DNA from: an uncultured Treponema sp.
GTDB taxonomy: Bacteria; Spirochaetota; Spirochaetia; Treponematales; Breznakiellaceae
Assembly: GCA_964446515.1 (NCBI GenBank)
Contig: CAYUPG010000002.1
Location: 1-36,846 of the forward strand
Reading direction: 5' to 3'
DNA: 36,846 nt
Part shown: piece after piece, positions 15,695-23,393 of the stretch
Layout of the letters: each line of letters begins with the position of its first letter
How positions within the stretch are numbered: position 1 is the first letter of the stretch
The notes under the pieces: model-generated
What the model saw: only the letters and a program-made list of their open reading frames with translations
Databases searched by the model: none
Told to the model about the DNA's origin: nothing
Made by a program: the position numbers and the translations under genes

Positions 15695-15746
15695 TCGGGG
15701 AGGACAGCCGGCGGCGGCGGGGAAATGGAAGTCCTGTAGACCTTAT

Positions 15747-15761
15747 TGAAGACCAAAGCAA
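15747..15761 (+). repeat. Left copy of the island-flanking direct repeat TGAAGACCAAAGCAA
   Basis: 14/15 identical to 26591-26605 (TGAAGACCATAGCAA). It sits at the point where GC content drops. Confidence 0.45.
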
Positions 15762-16065
15762 ATTGGTAATAGTCCCCCCCAAAAAGGTTCTTCCGGGTTT
15801 TAGGGGATTAGTAGGGAAATTTGAAAAAGCAACGGCGACACGGAAAAGTTCAAGGTGACCAAACCAAAGAACTACCGGAGGCCGCCGTTGCAGTACCACT
15901 GTACCCCACTCGATGATACCTGGGAAGGCTTTCAGATCGCGGATTTCAAAAGAACGGAAACAAAACCCTCACCAACGTTACGTTTCTTTCTGAAGCCGGA
16001 AAACGACCATGCCCCCCACCGCCATGATCCGTCAAGCTACAAGGTCAACGCGGAGTAATCGACGG

Positions 16066-17562
16066 TTACAATGTCTCATATATTTCTTTGAAGCTCTCGA
16101 TTCCGGCCTCAAGGTTCTCGATGATCTCCTGGGCGAGCACATCCGGTTCGGGCAGATTGTCCAGGTCGGTGAGGCTCTTGTCCTTGATCCAGGTTATGTC
16201 GAGGCTCGTCTTGTCGCGGGCGAGGATCTCGTCGTAGCTGAACTTCCGCCAGCGGCCCTCGGGGTTCTTCTCGGCGTCCCAGGTTTGTTTGCGCTTGGCG
16301 ATGCTTCCCGGTTTATAGCATTGGATGAAGTCCGCGAGGTCATCGAAGGCGAGGGGATGCTGCTTGAGCGTGAAGTGCATGTTGGTCCGGAAATCGTAGA
16401 TCCAGACGTCCTTGGTCCACGGCGTCTTCGCGGCGGGATGGTTGTCGAAGAAGAGGACATTTGCCTTGACGCCCTGCTTGTAGAAGACGCCCGTCGGGAG
16501 CCGCAGTATCGTGTGGAGGTTCGTCGTCTCCATGAGTTTTTTACGAACAGTCTCGCCGACGCCCCCTTCGAAGAGGACGTTGTCGGGCAGGACCACGGCG
16601 GCGCGGCCATCGGACTTGAGCATCGTCCTGATGTGCTGGAGGAAGTTGAGCTGCTTGTTGCTCGTGGTGACCCAGAAATCCTGACGATTGTAGGTCAGGT
16701 CCTCGGCCTCCTGCTCCCCCTCCTCGTTGGTGAAGGTCATGCTGCTCTTCTTGCCGAAGGGGGGATTCGCGAGCACGTAGTCGACGCGGAGTCCCGTATC
16801 GGCGACGAGGGAATCGGTGCTCGATATGAAGGTCTCGCTCTCGAAGTCGCCGATGTTGTGGAGGAAGCAGTTCATGAGCGCGAGGCGCCTCGTGGAGGCG
16901 ACGATCTCGTTCCCGAAGAAGGTCTTGTTCTTGAGGAATTCCTTATCGTCCCGGGAGAGGGTGTAATTTTCGGGATTTGCCAGGAAGTCGTAGGCTGCCA
17001 GGAAGAAGCCGCCCGTGCCGCAGGCGGGATCTGCTATCGTCTTCTGGGGCTCGGGCCGGACGCAGGCCACCATGGCGCGGATGAGGGCGCGCGGGGTGAA
17101 GTACTGTCCGGCGCCGCTCTTCGTGTCCTCGGCGTTCTTCTCAAGGAGCCCCTCGTAGATCCGTCCTTTGATGTCCGCACCCATCGTGCTCCACGCTTCC
17201 TTGTCGATCATATCGATGAGCTTATAGAGCTTGGCGGGGTCTTGGATCTTGTTCTGGCTCTTCAGGTATATCTGCCCGAGGACGCCTTTCTGCTTGGAGA
17301 GCTCGCGCAACAGCTCGGTGTAGTGATTTTCGAGAGCCGCCCCCTTCTTGTCGGTTAGGCTCTCCCAATCGTAGCCCACCGGGATCGGCAGCTTGCGGCT
17401 GTAGGGCGGCTTGGAGAACTCGTCGGCGAGCTTGAGGAAGAGCAGGAAGGTTATCTGCTCCAGGTAATCCCCGTAGCCCACGCCGTCGTCGCGGAGGGTA
17501 TTGCAGAAGGCCCAAACCTTGCTGATGATTCCGGAGCCGGAATCGATGTTGCCGTTATTCAT
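16066..17562 (-). CDS. hsdM: Type I restriction-modification system, DNA methyltransferase subunit
   Basis: 498 aa. N-terminal HsdM-type helical domain, AdoMet motif DPACGTGGF and catalytic NPPFG (LANPPFGKKS). The ATG at 17560-17562 lies inside the last codons of yoeB. Confidence 0.92.
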   Translation of the reverse strand: MNNGNIDSGSGIISKVWAFCNTLRDDGVGYGDYLEQITFLLFLKLADEFSKPPYSRKLPIPVGYDWESLTDKKGAALENHYTELLRELSKQKGVLGQIYLKSQNKIQDPAKLYKLIDMIDKEAWSTMGADIKGRIYEGLLEKNAEDTKSGAGQYFTPRALIRAMVACVRPEPQKTIADPACGTGGFFLAAYDFLANPENYTLSRDDKEFLKNKTFFGNEIVASTRRLALMNCFLHNIGDFESETFISSTDSLVADTGLRVDYVLANPPFGKKSSMTFTNEEGEQEAEDLTYNRQDFWVTTSNKQLNFLQHIRTMLKSDGRAAVVLPDNVLFEGGVGETVRKKLMETTNLHTILRLPTGVFYKQGVKANVLFFDNHPAAKTPWTKDVWIYDFRTNMHFTLKQHPLAFDDLADFIQCYKPGSIAKRKQTWDAEKNPEGRWRKFSYDEILARDKTSLDITWIKDKSLTDLDNLPEPDVLAQEIIENLEAGIESFKEIYETL

Positions 17563-17821
17563 AATGCGTCCACATCCTCAATACGCGTACGATTTTTTCA
17601 AACTCGAATACTTGGTACACCAGCCGATGCTGGATGTTGATGCGCCGCGAATAGGCTCCGGCGAGGTCGCCCAGGAGCTTCTCAAACGGCGGCGGATTTC
17701 TGAAGGGGTCCTCGGCCAGGATGGCGATGAGGACCTTCGCCTTCTCCTTAAGACCGGAAGCCTCGATCTTCTTGGCGTCTTTCACGGCCTGACGCGCGTA
17801 CACGACCTGCCACATCACCAA
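17555..17821 (-). CDS. yoeB: Txe/YoeB-family toxin (mRNA interferase)
   Basis: 88 aa. SRRINIQHRLVYQV and the C-terminal THYE match the YoeB family. Confidence 0.85.
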   Translation of the reverse strand: MVMWQVVYARQAVKDAKKIEASGLKEKAKVLIAILAEDPFRNPPPFEKLLGDLAGAYSRRINIQHRLVYQVFEFEKIVRVLRMWTHYE

Positions 17822-18057
17822 TCAAGCTTTGTAGCGCTCTTGGAGAGTGGCTCCTTCATGCCCTCCCGAATCGACTCCCGCATCCCCGGAATGGATAACA
17901 AGTAGAGGGTTTCCTGGATGGCGCGCCAATCGTCCTCGGCGACCAGGACGGCGTTACCCCGCTTGCCCGTGATCGTCACGGGCTCATGCGCTTCGTTGGC
18001 TTCATCGATGAGGCGGTAGAGGTTCGCGCGCGCGTCGCTAGCGGATAACATGGGCAT
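17815..18057 (-). CDS. yefM: Phd/YefM-family antitoxin
   Basis: MPMLSASDARANLYRLIDEA...VTITGKRGNAVLV matches Phd/YefM. GGAGG lies 5 nt before the ATG at 18057 (an alternative ATG is at 18069). 7-nt overlap with yoeB. Confidence 0.85.
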   Translation of the reverse strand: MPMLSASDARANLYRLIDEANEAHEPVTITGKRGNAVLVAEDDWRAIQETLYLLSIPGMRESIREGMKEPLSKSATKLDW

Positions 18058-18074
18058 GGCTGCCTCCATTAATA

Positions 18075-18103
18075 AACGTACGTTATTGCGTACGAACTGT
18101 CAA
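18075..18103 (-). promoter_or_regulatory. Candidate yefM-yoeB promoter with two CGTACG core palindromes
   Basis: On the minus strand: TTGACA (18098-18103), 17 nt, TACGTT (18075-18080). The CGTACG cores at 18077-18082 (within AACGTACGTT) and 18089-18094 are 12 bp centre to centre and occupy the spacer and -10. Confidence 0.4.
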
Positions 18104-18170
18104 GCAGGATATGTTACTCTCAGTTATCAAGGATTCCTTGACAGTTGCCGCCCTTTACAATTCCTTCGCT

Positions 18171-18401
18171 TTAAAGCCGTTGCTGATATGCCGTCTGAAC
18201 TACCGAGGATTGCTCGGTCGTTGCCGCTTCATCGAGCTCACCTTCGGCGAAGATGTTCTTGAGATGCAAACCGATAGTATCGCTATCCTTCTCAAACAGG
18301 TCCGCCATCTTCTTTTGAGAGAGCCAGACCGTATCCTCTTCAAAGCGGACCTCGATCTGGGTGAGATTATCAGGGGTTTGATACATAACAATCTCGCTCA
18401 T
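18171..18401 (-). pseudogene. Truncated RhuM-family gene (N-terminal ~70 aa only)
   Basis: MSEIVMYQTPDNLTQIEVRFEEDTVWLSQKKMADLFEKD...NIFAEGELDE matches the N-terminus of RhuM-family proteins, which I recall as about 300 aa or more. The ORF stops after 76 aa. Confidence 0.65.
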
Positions 18402-18418
18402 GACCCCCCCTTTCTATG

Positions 18419-18482
18419 TTGCGTCTCACATAATACCACAATTGAGACGCAAATCGTAATATGTCTCACTCATGAGACGCAA
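18419..18482. promoter_or_regulatory. Repeated 10-mer TTGCGTCTCA/TGAGACGCAA around an extended -10, upstream of the rhuM remnant
   Basis: TTGCGTCTCA at 18419-18428 is inverted relative to TGAGACGCAA at 18443-18452. A second direct TGAGACGCAA lies at 18473-18482, 30 bp away. On the minus strand, TGGTATTAT sits between the inner pair. Confidence 0.45.
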
Positions 18483-18524
18483 TCGATGGAAGCGAGCGGA
18501 AGCCAGTTGGATACGAAGGGCGAT

Positions 18525-19700
18525 TTACCCATCAGCGTGTCGCTTCCTTTCGCGGTCTACCACGTTTTTCAAGCCGCTCGTTTCGGCGTTCGCCGCGGGA
18601 GGAGCCTTCTTATACGAGGGCTGAAGCATATTCTTCTCCCGCTCGGTCATGTTATCACATACGCGTGCCAGGCTTATGAGTATCGATTTGGGATCGGCTT
18701 CAAGATCGATTCCTATGAGACGGAGCTCAAAATCGCCGAGATCTATTCGATGATCGAAGGATTCGTCCTTCATCGCGTAGACGAGGCTGGCCGACCACCT
18801 TCGCTTCAGTAGGTCGCGACGCCGCAGGGCGCTTAAGTAAGACGCTATTTGGTAGAGATGCGCGGAGCGGATCTTTTCATCCCCACTAGGATGTTTGGCA
18901 AAGGGATATTCGTAATACTTCGCATCGATAACCATGCAGCGGTAGTGACCGAAGATGGTGACGTCCGTCTCCATGATCGGTTCCAGTGGGCTCCTCGCGC
19001 TCTTAATGGGGTTCCAATGAAAGCGATTTCGCGCGACTCGGAAATCCCGGCCTAAAGTTTCTTTCAGGCCTCTCCTGACGAAGGCCTCGAAAGCGCGATT
19101 CATGCTCCTCCTATCGAAGGGATCCTCGACCTCCACATCGCCTTCTCGCGCCCTGGCTGAGTTCAGGACCAACCGAGCCCAGAAGAGGGCGCGGCGGTAA
19201 CCTGGGTTGTTTCGGTGGAGGCGGGCTCTTCTTAGGGCCGAGCGGCCTTCTACGATGGTTGGAAGCTCCGTTCCCGGAAATGCACGTCCGAGCGCCCGCG
19301 CTCTCTCGCGCGTTTCCGGGCATAGCTCGCTCAGGCCTTCGGCCAGGAGGAGCGCGGTCTTTATAGCGCTATTCTGCGGGCATTCCGGCGATAATCGCGC
19401 CGCAACGGATACCGCCTTCATGCCCATACCGAAGTCGCGTCCGAGCGTCCGGCCCATGTCTATCCGTCCCGCGATAGAAGGGCCGAAGCTTGATTCCTCT
19501 ACGTAAACGCGATCGGCCCCCCGCCTCAGGATCGTGGCTGCGGCGTCCGATAGGGCGCGGAACAGAAATTCGCATGGATTCGTTTCGCCGTACTCTCCCG
19601 AGAAGAGCTCGTCCTTCGGCGTATACAAGTTACCCGCATAAGTGAGGAGGAAGTAGAGCGCCTGCGGCGACAATCCTAAAGGATCAGCTCGTCCCGCCAT
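18525..19700 (-). CDS. mcrC: McrC-like endonuclease subunit of a McrBC-type modification-dependent restriction system
   Basis: 391 aa. PD-(D/E)xK-like MVIDAKYYEY with downstream LYQIASYL, as in the McrC family. 25-nt overlap with the upstream mcrB-like gene. Confidence 0.8.
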   Translation of the reverse strand: MAGRADPLGLSPQALYFLLTYAGNLYTPKDELFSGEYGETNPCEFLFRALSDAAATILRRGADRVYVEESSFGPSIAGRIDMGRTLGRDFGMGMKAVSVAARLSPECPQNSAIKTALLLAEGLSELCPETRERARALGRAFPGTELPTIVEGRSALRRARLHRNNPGYRRALFWARLVLNSARAREGDVEVEDPFDRRSMNRAFEAFVRRGLKETLGRDFRVARNRFHWNPIKSARSPLEPIMETDVTIFGHYRCMVIDAKYYEYPFAKHPSGDEKIRSAHLYQIASYLSALRRRDLLKRRWSASLVYAMKDESFDHRIDLGDFELRLIGIDLEADPKSILISLARVCDNMTEREKNMLQPSYKKAPPAANAETSGLKNVVDRERKRHADG

Positions 19701-21949
19701 CGTTTCACTTTATCCGGCTGATCGAACCAGTATTCCTGGAGAGTAGGAATAATCTGGCTCTCGACGATGGATTCGAACCATTCGTCGTCGAGTTTTGTAT
19801 CGTCGTCGATCGCGGAGAAGTAACTATGGCCGATCTTGTAGCCGTGGCCGAGGTTTCGGTCCCGTGCGATCTCGTCATTCAATCTGCTCATCGACTCGAC
19901 GATGCGCTTAAGCAGCTCTTGATCCATACCGACGCCGAGGTCGTCTCCCATGTAATTGGAAAAACCGTCCTTTCCGAAGGCCGGTTCAAGCTGGACGAAG
20001 GCGAAGCGCCTGCGAAGCGCGTAATCTACCACCGCAAGGGATCTGTCGGCGCTGTTCATCGTCCCGATGAGATAGAGATTCGGGGGGATATAGAAAGGCG
20101 GTTCGCCCGGCTTCTGGATCGAAAGTTTCAGCGCGCATTCGGGTCTACGTTTATCTTTTTCCAGGAGGGAAAGCATCTCCCCGAATATGCGCGAAGGATC
20201 GCCTCGGTTAATCTCGTCGATGAAGAGGATGTAGGGTCTTCCTTCATCTTTCCTGGCCGCCTCGCAGAATTCGAGGAAAGGGCCATCCCTCAACTCAAAG
20301 CCGCCCTTTCCCGGTCTCCAGCCGCGAACGAATTCCTCGTACGAGTAGGACTGGTGGAACTGGACCGCCATGAGCCTCGGATCCTCGCCGGAACACCCTA
20401 GCTTGATCCAGGCAAGCCGCAAGGCAAGCCAGCTCTTACCCGTCCCCGGAGGGCCGGAAAGGATGAGGTTCATGCGGTTATCCAGGGAATCAAGCGCTCC
20501 CTGAATCTCCGCGACATCGAGGAAAGCCCCTTCAGCGATGAGATCGTCGATAGCGTAGGGCCGCTCGCTCGTTTTTGCGGAGTATCCTTTGCCTCCGGAA
20601 TCACGCCCCTCTTCTAGGGGTCCGGTTTCGCCCAATAAATTGAAGACGTAGGCAAGCCAGGTCTTATATCGGCTCATATCGGTGAGGGTCTTCGTCGTGA
20701 TCCTTTGAGTCTCGGAAAGCCGCCACTCGCCGGTCTTGAGCCACTCGACATTGCGAACATGATGATACTCGGGGAAGGCCGGATCGTAGCGGCATCCGGA
20801 CTGTATCCGGCCGAGCCCAAGGACCAGGGTGCGCCCCTGTTTCGCCAGGACGAAGTCGCCTTCCTTCATCTCGGAGGCGAACTGATAGGCCGCCAAGGCA
20901 TCCATCGTCGGCTTCGCGCCCCCGCCCCTTGAAGTCTCAAGCTGGCTGAATATCTCTTCCTTGGAGAGAGTCGCGAGCTCCGCTCCGAAGTCCTCATACC
21001 CGATGGCTATAGCGCTCTGCGATTTGAAGTCTTCCCAGAGATGGGCTTCCGATCCCGCGCCTATCGCCCAAATGCGCGCTCCGCGATACCGCTCGGGGAT
21101 GCCGGCAGCCGCATAGGCGGATTGAGCTTCCTCCCCGTCTCCATCATCCGAACCGTCTCCTCTCGGCGGCAGCCATTGCGGGCGTATTTCGGGCGTCTCG
21201 TAATAGTCGAAGCCCTTTCCGTACTGAGACTCCAGTCGGGAACGAATCGCCAATAGTTGCCGGTCGGTGGACACTCTGTCTTTTACGTCGTACGGCTTGT
21301 CTCCTTCTCCGAAGCGTTCAAAAATCCATTTTTTGTGACTGCGGCTCGCGATCCTCTCGAAGAGCTCGGGAAAAAGGAGATGGAGAAGGGCATGGTAAAA
21401 CTGCCGGCCATGCGATGGATCGCGGGCATCCAGAAAGGCGGCTAAAGCCCACGCATCGGCCAGCAGGGCACTTCGCTCTTTTGGGGCAAGCGCCTTGAGT
21501 TCGCGAACCGTACTGATGGAATATGCATACTCCATCCAGAAATGATTCTGAATTGCCGGCCCCATCGATCCTATTCCTTCTAGGAGCGTGCTTTCGAGCA
21601 TCGGGCAGTCAACCGCCAACTCGCTTCCGGTCCAACTCCAAATCCTCCTGATCTTGAGGATCTTCGTAGCAGGGTTCACATTGCTCGCGAAGAGTAGAAT
21701 GGGCCAGACGAATTCGGCGGCAAGCCGCTTCGCGGGTGCCGAAGCGACCGACAACTGACGCTCAAGCTTCGTCATGAAATCCTGCTTGGAGAGGTCCGGG
21801 CGCCGTACATAGCATCTATCAAGCTCTTCAAGGTTTTCCAGGGTCCACAACGCCTCAGCGCTGAAGAGAGATCCGTCCCCGACCAGACATTTTTCCGCCC
21901 AAGTCTTTGCGGCGGTATAGATCCCTTGCGACGGCAGATAGACAGCCAT
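19676..21949 (-). CDS. mcrB: McrB-like AAA+ GTPase with a ~480-aa unassigned N-terminal region
   Basis: Walker A LILSGPPGTGKSW, Walker B ILFIDEINRGDPSRIFGE and the McrB signature LIGTMNSADRSLAVVDYALRRRF. GGAGG RBS 5-6 nt before the ATG. Confidence 0.85.
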   Translation of the reverse strand: MAVYLPSQGIYTAAKTWAEKCLVGDGSLFSAEALWTLENLEELDRCYVRRPDLSKQDFMTKLERQLSVASAPAKRLAAEFVWPILLFASNVNPATKILKIRRIWSWTGSELAVDCPMLESTLLEGIGSMGPAIQNHFWMEYAYSISTVRELKALAPKERSALLADAWALAAFLDARDPSHGRQFYHALLHLLFPELFERIASRSHKKWIFERFGEGDKPYDVKDRVSTDRQLLAIRSRLESQYGKGFDYYETPEIRPQWLPPRGDGSDDGDGEEAQSAYAAAGIPERYRGARIWAIGAGSEAHLWEDFKSQSAIAIGYEDFGAELATLSKEEIFSQLETSRGGGAKPTMDALAAYQFASEMKEGDFVLAKQGRTLVLGLGRIQSGCRYDPAFPEYHHVRNVEWLKTGEWRLSETQRITTKTLTDMSRYKTWLAYVFNLLGETGPLEEGRDSGGKGYSAKTSERPYAIDDLIAEGAFLDVAEIQGALDSLDNRMNLILSGPPGTGKSWLALRLAWIKLGCSGEDPRLMAVQFHQSYSYEEFVRGWRPGKGGFELRDGPFLEFCEAARKDEGRPYILFIDEINRGDPSRIFGEMLSLLEKDKRRPECALKLSIQKPGEPPFYIPPNLYLIGTMNSADRSLAVVDYALRRRFAFVQLEPAFGKDGFSNYMGDDLGVGMDQELLKRIVESMSRLNDEIARDRNLGHGYKIGHSYFSAIDDDTKLDDEWFESIVESQIIPTLQEYWFDQPDKVKRWRDELIL

Positions 21950-21981
21950 ATCGACCTCCCCATTCAGTTAGTATTATCGAT

Positions 21982-23391
21982 TTAGTCCGGATGCTTCCTC
22001 GGCCGTCCCCGCTTCTTGGGCGCGTCCGTCTGCGTTTTCTGAGCCGCCGCTTTCTCCGGTGCCTGCGCGCGTGGCTTTCTTCCCCTTTTTCCAGAAACGG
22101 AAATCTTCGCCGTTCCGGCTCCTTCCTTCTCCCGCTCGGCCCGAATCCGATCCAGCAGAACGCTCGCCGGCTCGTCGCTCGGATCCTGCGGCACGAGCTT
22201 TCCCTCAAACGCTTTCTTGAGGATGCTCTGGCGGAGGGACTCGGCTTTATCGAGACTTATTTTGATTTCTTCATCTCGACTACTGGGGAATGGTATCCGA
22301 CATTCTTTTAAATCGATGGGGGACAAATTGGGCTGGAGCGTTTCGGTAAACTTTGATCTGATATAAGTTTTGAAAGATTCAGTATTACAATAATAAAAGA
22401 GATACTTACTTTCACATTGTATTTCCTTGAAACAAGCGACTCGTTGATTCAACAATCCTATTTGTCCTTTAGGGAAGTAACATACTTTTGTGGTATTATT
22501 AGTAATTGGCCGCGTGAGAGCTATCAGTAAATCCCCGCTATTTACTACAAAGTTCTCATATTTTGAAACGAATTCTTCAGGTAAATACTGTTGATCCTTA
22601 ATATCAAATTTTGAGTACCCAATATTTGCAATCTTTATAACGGGAATACCTCGAGTAGTGAAGTCAGAACTTTTAAAGGCACATCCTGACAGGAGATCAC
22701 AGACGTCATATATATATCGATATCTCCACCCCTCCGGCAGCTCCCCATCCTTCACGTTCTTGTTTGTGAGCTTCCCTTCGAAGGCTTGCTTGAGCACAGT
22801 CTGGCGATAGACCTTAAGTTGCTTCTGGGCAGTCCTGAGACTCTCAATGCCTTTGTCGAGGATAGAGAAGAGTTCCTCGATCTTGACGACTATGCGCTCC
22901 TGCTCGGCGAGAGGGGGGAGGGGAATGGTGCATGTCTCTATGTATTTCGTCGGAACACGTCGTTGGCCGACTGCACCGGTCATATTTGATTTGGCCTCTT
23001 GTCTGAACCGAGATTGTGATAAGTAATAAAATAGATATCGATTTAGTAACGCTTGATTACACCTAAATACATGGAATTCGGTGGAGCCGAATCCAACACC
23101 ATTTTTCAATGAGTGGACTACCGCGATCTTACCGTTCTCCATACACGGCGATATTTTCGCAAATATCACATCTCCATCTATCATGGAGGTAAATCCTTTT
23201 TTTACCTCCATATATTTTCTTGATTCATCCAAATGAATCTTGCCTGTCTCTTCTTCAACTAACCTCATCGGTAAGAATGTGACTACAGAATCCTCATTAT
23301 ATGATTCGCATGGTAGGCCTGGATTGAGTTCGGACAATTCGGCAATTCGTGCCAAGGACCATGTTTGTGGAGTAATAGCAATGGAGCTCAT
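21982..23391 (-). CDS. hsdS: Type I restriction-modification system, specificity subunit
   Basis: 469 aa with two variable target-recognition regions separated by conserved repeats (VLKQAFEGKL and ILKKAFEGKL). Basic C-terminal tail with KRGRKPR and KRGRPRK. Starts 2 nt after the hsdR stop. Confidence 0.9.
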   Translation of the reverse strand: MSSIAITPQTWSLARIAELSELNPGLPCESYNEDSVVTFLPMRLVEEETGKIHLDESRKYMEVKKGFTSMIDGDVIFAKISPCMENGKIAVVHSLKNGVGFGSTEFHVFRCNQALLNRYLFYYLSQSRFRQEAKSNMTGAVGQRRVPTKYIETCTIPLPPLAEQERIVVKIEELFSILDKGIESLRTAQKQLKVYRQTVLKQAFEGKLTNKNVKDGELPEGWRYRYIYDVCDLLSGCAFKSSDFTTRGIPVIKIANIGYSKFDIKDQQYLPEEFVSKYENFVVNSGDLLIALTRPITNNTTKVCYFPKGQIGLLNQRVACFKEIQCESKYLFYYCNTESFKTYIRSKFTETLQPNLSPIDLKECRIPFPSSRDEEIKISLDKAESLRQSILKKAFEGKLVPQDPSDEPASVLLDRIRAEREKEGAGTAKISVSGKRGRKPRAQAPEKAAAQKTQTDAPKKRGRPRKHPD

Positions 23392-23393
23392 CC

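Noticed and set aside
15762-16065. Possible tRNA, integrase remnant or small gene at the left end of the island (including ORF 15855-16058)
   Set aside because: I could not find a cloverleaf-compatible arrangement, integrase-like translation in any frame, or an RBS. It is left as unexplained non-coding DNA.
16009-17358. 449-aa plus-strand ORF opposite hsdM; also 24447-26123 (558 aa) opposite hsdR
   Set aside because: Both are antisense to genes with unambiguous methyltransferase or helicase motifs. Neither has motifs of its own.
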